47,398 bases of DNA, taken from the NCBI GenBank assembly GCA_964395435.1, contig CAYNAO010000003.1:1-47398 (forward strand), written 5' to 3'. Both the position numbers and the translations under genes were made by a program. Origin of the DNA: an uncultured Candidatus Saccharibacteria bacterium (GTDB lineage: Bacteria > Patescibacteriota > Minisyncoccia > Phycocordibacterales > UBA9973). Every line of letters starts with the position of its first letter. The stretch's first letter is position 1. Below are positions 41,378 through 47,398 of the stretch, one piece after another. Below the pieces are notes generated by a model. It did not search any database and was not told where the DNA came from. It worked only from the letters and a program-made list of their open reading frames with translations.

Positions 41378-44239
41378 ATGTTAACGCATAAAATCCAAAA
41401 AATATTTGATTTAAAACCATCGAATTATAAGAAATTATTTAATGAATCATATTTTCCTCGCAGTGTTTTTTGGCTATTAACGATCTCGGTTACTTTATCT
41501 TATTTTATTTGGAATTTTTTTGAGGGTATTTTTTCTAATAATTTAATGAGGGATTTGCATAAAATAAATCATTCAGTACTTTTTATTTCTTCTATATTTT
41601 TGATAGTAATACTAACTGGATTATTTGTATTTTTTATTAAACCAAAAGAACAACTTAAAACACAAAAAATTCATAATCAACCATCTTGGATATTTTACAC
41701 TTATTGGGGAATGATAAACTCTTTTTTACTTACTTCATTATATCTAAGACTAGAGCAACAAAAACTATTCTGGGTATCAATGCTTATACCATTAGTCATA
41801 ATTAAAGTTAAATTTCTCTATGAAATTTTTTATCAAGAGAAAGATCTTTCTTTTAAGAATTTCGCCTCAGGTTCTGTTGGTCTAGATGGTGACAAATTTG
41901 AATTTAAGCAAACAGCTGAGCATACTACTGATGGATTATTAAAATTAAATAATTATATAAATGTTGTTGGTCTGTATGGAGGCTTAGGATTTGGTAAATC
42001 ATCTTATGCCCGAATGGTGCTTGAAGGATTTGATTATAAGAAAACTCTCTATACTTACATTTCTTTGACTGAAACAAACGAAGCCAAAGATTTCTCAAGT
42101 CTTTTCTCAGAACGATGGCTTGAGACTCTTTCTGAGAGGTATCCAAAAATAGATATTACTACCTATTTACCTTTTATGGATTCTATCTTACGAGAATCTG
42201 GTAATAGTATTTTTTCTGGCATACTAAAAGCGGTTTCTTTTTTTGATAGAGGTCTTCATAAGACAAAAGCTTTATTTTTTGATGAGTTTTATTCAAAAAA
42301 AGAAAAGTTTACGAGTAATAATGTTGGTAAACTTTTTGGTAACATCCCAGAAATTAAAGAATCTCTTTGGGTTATACTTATAGATGAACTAGAAAGAGCA
42401 CAACTTGATGAGATTTACCGTGTCGTTGAAATCGTTGAACGCTTTAAAAATGAAGGTAGGTCTGGATTACCAACAAAACTTCTATTTTTATTCTGTATCT
42501 CAGAGCCAGACCTTGGTAATTATCTTGATTCGTTTAATGAAAAGGATACAAGAGCACCATTGCTTAAAACTTTCTTTTATCAAGACCCGAAGAGTATTTC
42601 TCATAAAATTTTCTTACCACCAGTTAAACCTGCTATAAAAGAAAAATTTGTCATAGAACTTTTAAATACCCTTATTGAAAGAGAACAAATAAAACATCAA
42701 GGAAATGTATCTCCAAATTTAATATTGGATCCCTCAAGTTCATTCATGAAGGATGAAGATGCCTTAAATCATATTCTTTACTTGATTATTGAGGAAAGTT
42801 CCCCAAGAACAATTTCTAGAATTGTAAGTGCTTTAGACTTTTTTTATGGGTCATTTAAAAATAAAGCCGGAGAATTAGACAAAAATGCTATTCGTTTTAG
42901 TGATATTATCGCTCTTGAATATATAAAAATTAAATATCCATACCTTATTGACTTTTTCACAAAAACGATAGGTGTTCTCGTAAGTCAATCTGATAGAAAT
43001 AATTTGAATGCTTATCTTATTCATCAACATCTAAAGGAAAACAAAGTAGACTTAATTGGTTGGGTTGAATCTGTTACAGATAAAAAATTCACAGATAAAG
43101 AAAAGCCAGAAATATTAAACATGATTGGATTAGTTATGCACTATTACTTTGATTTTATCAAAGAAGATCGATACAAAGAGAATAAAATTGATTATGTTAA
43201 TAGTACTTCTTATCCAGAAAAAATGAGAGATTATTTGACACTAATATCTGGGGGGACAGAAACTCCGTATAGAAAAAGTAATGAACTCTATCAGCAACAC
43301 CAAGAAGGCAAACTCAAAATAAAAGAAATAAGTAACGATGACTTAATTAGTTACGCTAGATTTATTTATGATGTTACTAATACAAAACAAGAGATGAATG
43401 TTGAAGTTCTTAATGAGCTTACAGATAGAATTATTAATAAAACTATTGCGCCAAAACCTTTAGCAATGGGTGATAGTATCTATGATGACGCTTTATATCA
43501 ATTTATATTCCAAATAGTTAGTATTGCAGAAAAAGAACGTAACAATGATGTTGCGAGTGAACATCTCAAAAAGGCATTCGAGTGTCTAAGAAAGGTTCTT
43601 TCATCATCTATCAATGTCGGTGCAAAATATATAATCTTAAATTCACTTTCTAATAATGAGCGTGGAAGTGGTAGCTCTGTGCACATGAGCCTTATTGCAA
43701 CATTTAATAAACTATATAAATTCTTTCCTGAAGGAATCAAAAAACTAATTAACGCAGTGTTTTTAGATGGTCAAACAAGATATTTCAAGAAAGGTGCTAG
43801 AGGTGTGATTTATAAAACAGAAGAAAATTTCTTCTTCTTGATGTATCAAACATGGAGTGGTTTAAAAGATAATATAGAAGAAATAAGTCTTATAAGAAAA
43901 GCTGCAGAAAGAGATCTCAAAAAATATCCTGATGCAATTAAGATCTATTGGGATCGCTACCCTTATCAAAAGAATTGGGAATCCTCTCAAGATGTTCTTA
44001 GGGAAGATAGGTTTTTCTTTAATAGTGATAAAAACAGTGATTTATATATGCCGATAAATACTCTAATTAAAGTTACCAAGCAAGCAAATATAAAAGATGA
44101 AGCGATCATTTCAAAGATGAAGTTCTGGTCAAAAATAAAAGATGACCCTGCTATTAGAGAGAGGTTTACGATAGCAGACGATCCATCTACCCTAAAATCA
44201 TTCCTAATAAAAGTTGGTCTGTTAACTGTGGGTAACTGA
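41378..44239 (+). CDS. KAP-family P-loop NTPase with four N-terminal TM helices
   Basis: Four hydrophobic helices lie in the first 150 aa. Walker A is VVGLYGGLGFGKSSYARMV and Walker B is WVILIDELERAQ. A long helical C-terminal region follows. Confidence 0.65.
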   Translation: MLTHKIQKIFDLKPSNYKKLFNESYFPRSVFWLLTISVTLSYFIWNFFEGIFSNNLMRDLHKINHSVLFISSIFLIVILTGLFVFFIKPKEQLKTQKIHNQPSWIFYTYWGMINSFLLTSLYLRLEQQKLFWVSMLIPLVIIKVKFLYEIFYQEKDLSFKNFASGSVGLDGDKFEFKQTAEHTTDGLLKLNNYINVVGLYGGLGFGKSSYARMVLEGFDYKKTLYTYISLTETNEAKDFSSLFSERWLETLSERYPKIDITTYLPFMDSILRESGNSIFSGILKAVSFFDRGLHKTKALFFDEFYSKKEKFTSNNVGKLFGNIPEIKESLWVILIDELERAQLDEIYRVVEIVERFKNEGRSGLPTKLLFLFCISEPDLGNYLDSFNEKDTRAPLLKTFFYQDPKSISHKIFLPPVKPAIKEKFVIELLNTLIEREQIKHQGNVSPNLILDPSSSFMKDEDALNHILYLIIEESSPRTISRIVSALDFFYGSFKNKAGELDKNAIRFSDIIALEYIKIKYPYLIDFFTKTIGVLVSQSDRNNLNAYLIHQHLKENKVDLIGWVESVTDKKFTDKEKPEILNMIGLVMHYYFDFIKEDRYKENKIDYVNSTSYPEKMRDYLTLISGGTETPYRKSNELYQQHQEGKLKIKEISNDDLISYARFIYDVTNTKQEMNVEVLNELTDRIINKTIAPKPLAMGDSIYDDALYQFIFQIVSIAEKERNNDVASEHLKKAFECLRKVLSSSINVGAKYIILNSLSNNERGSGSSVHMSLIATFNKLYKFFPEGIKKLINAVFLDGQTRYFKKGARGVIYKTEENFFFLMYQTWSGLKDNIEEISLIRKAAERDLKKYPDAIKIYWDRYPYQKNWESSQDVLREDRFFFNSDKNSDLYMPINTLIKVTKQANIKDEAIISKMKFWSKIKDDPAIRERFTIADDPSTLKSFLIKVGLLTVGN

Positions 44240-44288
44240 TTACACAATTCTTTTAACTTAAGCTAAAGTATGAAAATACCTATAAAAA

Positions 44289-44297
44289 TGGTATAAT
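44289..44297 (+). promoter_or_regulatory. extended -10 promoter element
   Basis: TGgTATAAT, 50 nt after the KAP stop codon and about 30 nt upstream of the GC-rich structured segment. Confidence 0.45.
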
Positions 44298-44325
44298 TTC
44301 TTTACAACTGAATCAGTAGCCTAAC

Positions 44326-44514
44326 CCTTAAGTTTCCTTAAGGTATGGTGAAGTTAAAACCGCTACAGTATGGAAGACTCCTCGTCAGAGTCACTGTAGC
44401 GGTCGTGTACGGGAAACTGTATACGGGTGACCGCAAGGTCATCGCAATGGCGAGGAGTCTTCTGTCTCAAGACTCAATACTCCTTGCTAATTATTATTAG
44501 TAAAACCGCTACAG
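44326..44514 (+). ncRNA. GC-rich structured RNA or leader of unknown class
   Basis: Hairpin ccttaag-tttc-cttaagg. accgctacagt (44359-69) pairs with actgtagcggt (44393-403). gaagactcctcg (44373-84) pairs with cgaggagtcttc (44451-62), a crossing (pseudoknot-type) interaction. Hairpin gtgacc-GCAA-ggtcat. A second copy of taaaaccgctacagt at 44499-44513 abuts the next ATG. Confidence 0.45.
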
Positions 44515-44518
44515 TGCC

Positions 44519-44737
44519 ATGTCAAAAAAGAAAATTGTTTTATATTCCTTATTAGGAATTATTGGATTATTTATCCTCGCTTTTATTATTAACTACTTTT
44601 TAAATATAAAGAATCAAAAGACAAGTTGTGCTCAAGATGCATATCGTAGATCGATAGACTCAATTAGTGTGATCGAAAAGAAGCAAATATACGACTTTTA
44701 TTACAAAACCTGTTTAGAAAGAAACGGGGTTAATTAA
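44519..44737 (+). CDS. small single-pass membrane protein, paralogue of the next ORF
   Basis: MSKK, then a TM helix, SCAQDA and a C-terminal IYDFYYKTCLERNG. Compare 44747-45037. Confidence 0.45.
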   Translation: MSKKKIVLYSLLGIIGLFILAFIINYFLNIKNQKTSCAQDAYRRSIDSISVIEKKQIYDFYYKTCLERNGVN

Positions 44738-44746
44738 TTTATTTTT

Positions 44747-45037
44747 ATGTCTAAAAAACAATTCATTTCATTTTTATCAATCGCAATAACATTTCTCGGT
44801 CTATATAGTTACTTTGGTATAGCTCAGCCTATAGTTTCTAATAGTGCTTGTGCTGATCAGGCTATGAAAGTTGTGTTTGCTGATATTCCTCAGCTTCTTG
44901 ATACAAAAGTAAATCAAGAAAAACTATATTGGCCTCCAATCGGAGAAGTAGATACTCCAACCCTTGAACGAGCACAAAGCTTATACGATATTCACTTTAA
45001 TTTTTGTATGAATAAAAGAGGATGGAGTGGTAATTAG
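44747..45037 (+). CDS. small single-pass membrane/secreted protein, paralogue of the previous ORF
   Basis: MSKK, then a TM helix, ACADQA and a C-terminal LYDIHFNFCMNKRG. Confidence 0.45.
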   Translation: MSKKQFISFLSIAITFLGLYSYFGIAQPIVSNSACADQAMKVVFADIPQLLDTKVNQEKLYWPPIGEVDTPTLERAQSLYDIHFNFCMNKRGWSGN

Positions 45038-45137
45038 TTTTGTTGCCGTTTTTTCCTATGTTAATAACTTGGCTTGATACCAAAGAGATAATTTTGAGAT
45101 AATGGATGTGTTCCTGAAGCACTCATGGTAAAAAACC

Positions 45138-45539
45138 ATGCAAGGAAAAGAAATACCAGAAGAGACCTGGAATCAGTTCGTTGAAGAGCTTCAAAAGAAT
45201 TTTGTATCTATTGCTCATACTTGTTCAAAATTAGGTATTGAAAGGCGTAGTTATTATTACAAGCGTTTGAAAGACCCTGATTTTGCTTCAAAGGTGGACA
45301 CTCTTTTCGAGAGAGTACAAGTCCCTATAGCAGAAGAAATGTTGCGTGCCGATGTTATGGAACGCAAGGCTTGGGCTATAAGATTTACCTTGGAAAGATC
45401 AAGCAAAAAATGGAGTCCAAAGTTCACACAAGAGTATCTTAATGAACTAGATTACAGAATCGCTTTAATAGAAGGAAGAGTTGAGCATATTCCATATGAA
45501 GAAGAAAAAGATTCAGAGGAAGAAATGCCAACCCAATAA
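45138..45539 (+). CDS. phage-like HTH protein (terminase small-subunit-like N-terminus)
   Basis: SIAHTCSKLGIERRSYYYKRLKDPDFASKVD resembles the HTH plus ...DPEF... signature common in phage small terminase and regulatory proteins. The tail is acidic. Weak call. Confidence 0.3.
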   Translation: MQGKEIPEETWNQFVEELQKNFVSIAHTCSKLGIERRSYYYKRLKDPDFASKVDTLFERVQVPIAEEMLRADVMERKAWAIRFTLERSSKKWSPKFTQEYLNELDYRIALIEGRVEHIPYEEEKDSEEEMPTQ

Positions 45540-45623
45540 ATCTATTAGGTGAGAAAAGTGAGAAAACCACCCTTGTTTCTGGGGTGTTTTTCTTTTGTTT
45601 TAATAGTAATATTATTTATAGAG

Positions 45624-45872
45624 GTTCATACAAAGCCACCCCTTAAGTAAGTTCTACCCCGATACGCAGGTTATTGTTGACTGTCTATGTCGGGACAGGA
45701 TTATAAACCAATTTTTTACTGAAATGGCTAAAACCAAAGAAGGAAAAAAGATTGTAGAGGTTCGTAAGCATTACCGTAAGCTATCTAATGGCAAGAAGGT
45801 TCTTGTGAAAGAACATCGAAAATCAACACCTAATTAGTGTGTGGTCACCCTAAGGGGTGGCTTTGTGTGAAC
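45624..45872 (+). repeat. 249-bp unit closed by a 22-bp inverted repeat
   Basis: gttcatacaaagccacccctta (45624-45645) and taaggggtggctttgtgtgaac (45851-45872). The single mismatch is a U-G pair on the + strand. Confidence 0.6.
45724..45837 (+). CDS. possible 37-aa lysine-rich micro-protein inside the inverted-repeat unit
   Basis: MAKTKEGKKIVEVRKHYRKLSNGKKVLVKEHRKSTPN with an internal duplicated motif (IVEVRKHYRK / VLVKEHRKS). No clear SD. Below the ORF-track length cutoff. Confidence 0.25.
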   Translation: MAKTKEGKKIVEVRKHYRKLSNGKKVLVKEHRKSTPN

Positions 45873-45890
45873 GTCATCGAATTCGACCTA

Positions 45891-45963
45891 TCCCTGTCAA
45901 AGACTGATCTTTAAATAGGCTTACAAAACTGGATACTCATAGGTTCAGGACCTGTGTAGGGAG
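45891..45963 (+). pseudogene. 73-nt tRNA-like remnant (acceptor and T-arm intact, no anticodon stem)
   Basis: tccctgt (1-7) pairs with gtaggga (66-72). The T-arm is atagg-ttcagga-cctgt. A discriminator g plus ca follows, as at tRNA-Asn. The D-arm is minimal (aaga-ctga-tctt) and I found no anticodon helix. Confidence 0.35.
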
Positions 45964-45974
45964 CAAATTTAAAA

Positions 45975-45992
45975 ACCTCGCAAATGCGAGGT
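45975..45992. terminator. bidirectional terminator
   Basis: aaaa-acctcgca-aa-tgcgaggt-tttt. Lies immediately beyond the stop of the minus-strand gene 46000-46434. Confidence 0.7.
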
Positions 45993-45999
45993 TTTTAAA

Positions 46000-46434
46000 T
46001 TACATAGGTTTTACTTTTGAGGCTATGCCTATGGCTGTTGCTATTATTACTAGATTTTTTATTATGTATTGACCTTCGAGAGTTGGCACCATAAATGAAG
46101 TCCAAGTTTCTCCTGGTAAAAATACTAAAGGTCCAAAAGTAGTAATCATATGAATAAAGAGTAGGGGGATCACAATTCTTTCTGCTCCTTTGATTATAAA
46201 TAAAACACCAATTAAACATTCAAATAAACCAAAAAGAATCAAGAAAGAATCAAAACTCATAAAAGGAATAGTTTGCTCAAAAAGTCTAGCAACAACCCCC
46301 GAAGCAGGGCTTAGTTCTAAAACTTTTAAAATTCCAAACCAAAAGAAAACTACAAATAATCCAAACCGAGCGACAGGCATAAAAGCCTTATTAAAAAAGT
46401 TAATTAATTTGATATCGATATTTTTTATAGACAT
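46000..46434 (-). CDS. small polytopic membrane protein (DoxX/YkgB-like, uncertain)
   Basis: 144 aa with four hydrophobic helices. Contains FGLFVVFFWFGILK and a YIIKNLVIIATAIGIA tail. Confidence 0.45.
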   Translation of the reverse strand: MSIKNIDIKLINFFNKAFMPVARFGLFVVFFWFGILKVLELSPASGVVARLFEQTIPFMSFDSFLILFGLFECLIGVLFIIKGAERIVIPLLFIHMITTFGPLVFLPGETWTSFMVPTLEGQYIIKNLVIIATAIGIASKVKPM

Positions 46435-46550
46435 ATATTAATTATATAAAAAGGGTATTTTTAATACAATAATACCAGCTATTGACTTTATATTAAAAAT
46501 ATGATATTATATTAGAGATAATTGTTCCAAAAACCAAAAAAATATAAAAA

Positions 46551-46898
46551 ATGAAAAATTTAGTTTTTTTCTTATTAGTTTTTTTCTTTAATTCTTTTGT
46601 ATCTTTTTCACAAGATACAATCTCAATTAAGGGACTCATAATTATTGATTCAATAACTTATGAGTGCGAAGATTGTTTCGTTGTTTTGGACGGCGAAAAA
46701 GTTTTAGCAGAAAATTTTCTGCCAATTTTTTATGAAAAAATAAATAATGCTCCAGACGGGCATGAAATTTATTTCTTCATAAATTATGAAGAGAAAGTCG
46801 GAGCAATCTTAAGAGCTCCGGCAAGTAAGTTTGAAAATAGGCATGTCTGGTATGACAACATACCACTTGTCTCAAAAATAAAAAATAAAGGAGGATAA
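46551..46898 (+). CDS. hypothetical secreted protein
   Basis: Signal peptide MKNLVFFLLVFFFNSFVSFSQ. I recognise no family. Confidence 0.4.
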   Translation: MKNLVFFLLVFFFNSFVSFSQDTISIKGLIIIDSITYECEDCFVVLDGEKVLAENFLPIFYEKINNAPDGHEIYFFINYEEKVGAILRAPASKFENRHVWYDNIPLVSKIKNKGG

Positions 46899-46960
46899 AA
46901 GTCTTCCTTTTTTTATTTTTATGCTATAATGAATTTGTTATAAATTAATACAATCCGCCT

Positions 46961-47110
46961 ATGCATAAAGCTATGGCCGGACAAGAAAATATGGCAAAAA
47001 GATCAACAACATTAAGTCCTAAAAAACCTTCAAGAAGATCTCATAAAACAAAAAAGAGATTAGCTATCAAGAAAGAGACTCTAGCAAAGAAGGCAAATAA
47101 GAAAAAATAA
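46961..47110 (+). CDS. possible small highly basic protein (start at 46961, 46973 or 46991)
   Basis: An extended -10 element tgcTATAAT lies at 46922-46930. The ORF encodes ...MAKRSTTLSPKKPSRRSHKTKKRLAIKKETLAKKANKKK and is followed by the terminator aaaccc-acca-gggttt-T-run (47110-47135). Confidence 0.3.
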   Translation: MHKAMAGQENMAKRSTTLSPKKPSRRSHKTKKRLAIKKETLAKKANKKK

Positions 47111-47162
47111 AACCCACCAGGGTTTTATTTTATTTTTAGGCTTATTTTGATATAATATTTAT

Positions 47163-47398
47163 ATGAACTCAGTTAAAAAATCTATACACAAATTACCATT
47201 ATTTTTATTAAGTGGATTATTAGTTTTATCTTTAATTTTTTTCTCAGCTCCAATACCTAGTAATGCAACACCTTCTGATGGAACAGAAGATATAACTTTT
47301 TATAATAATTTAGGTCTTAGTTTTAATGGTGGAAATGTTAATATTACAGCTTTGCAGTCTGATGAAAAAATAATAGTAGGTGGCTCATTTAATTCTTT
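47163..47398 (+). CDS. secreted protein, 5' fragment (runs off the window); possibly delta-60-repeat type
   Basis: Signal/TM helix LPLFLLSGLLVLSLIFF. The segment NVNITALQSDEKIIVGGSFNS resembles the DGKIxVGGxF repeat motif. Confidence 0.4.
   Translation, partial: MNSVKKSIHKLPLFLLSGLLVLSLIFFSAPIPSNATPSDGTEDITFYNNLGLSFNGGNVNITALQSDEKIIVGGSFNS

Noticed and set aside
44326-44514. Considered a retron msr/msd ncRNA, or a type III antitoxin RNA.
   Set aside because: There is no reverse transcriptase gene adjacent. The flanking 15-mers are direct rather than inverted repeats. There is no tandem repeat array or endoribonuclease gene as in type III TA systems.
1-47398. Looked for CRISPR arrays, rRNA genes, IS elements with terminal inverted repeats plus transposase, and reverse transcriptases.
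   Set aside because: I found no regularly spaced short direct repeats, no rRNA-like conserved stretches, and no transposase-like or RT-like ORF. The only recombinase is the large serine recombinase at 37474-38817.

Overview
AT-rich bacterial contig, roughly 30% G+C by eye. The gene content resembles a small-genome, possibly Patescibacteria/CPR-like organism, but that is inference only. The left half (1-24 kb) is mostly housekeeping: a partial tRNA-Thr, tsf, rpsB, proS, mreB, mreC, tgt, a speA-like decarboxylase, RNase P RNA, a Clp-family AAA+ ATPase, a histidine kinase, tRNA-Ala and a PLD/cardiolipin-synthase-like gene. Among these sit large repeat-rich surface proteins, a DUF3800 singleton and one compositionally foreign gene with a T9SS-like C-terminal sorting domain. 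From tRNA-Asn (24.2 kb) to about 46 kb the window is accessory DNA. First comes a 10 kb block bounded by 43-bp direct repeats. It encodes a 2646-aa secreted SpvB/TcdB-RHS polymorphic toxin, its immunity gene, and an orphan RHS-CT/immunity cassette. Next comes a conflict-system cluster: a three-gene ABC-3C-like system (SMEK-like protein, small middle component, coiled-coil ABC ATPase), a large serine recombinase, and a restriction-modification-like module. That module's C5 methyltransferase is fused in one ORF to a complete LexA (HTH plus S24 autoprotease), and it is divergently paired with a membrane-anchored KAP-family NTPase. After that lie a GC-rich structured RNA, small paralogous membrane proteins and phage-like remnants. 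The LexA-methyltransferase / PD-DxK nuclease / KAP NTPase module is my best candidate for an undescribed system. All calls come from reading motifs in the supplied translations and DNA; no database search was run.
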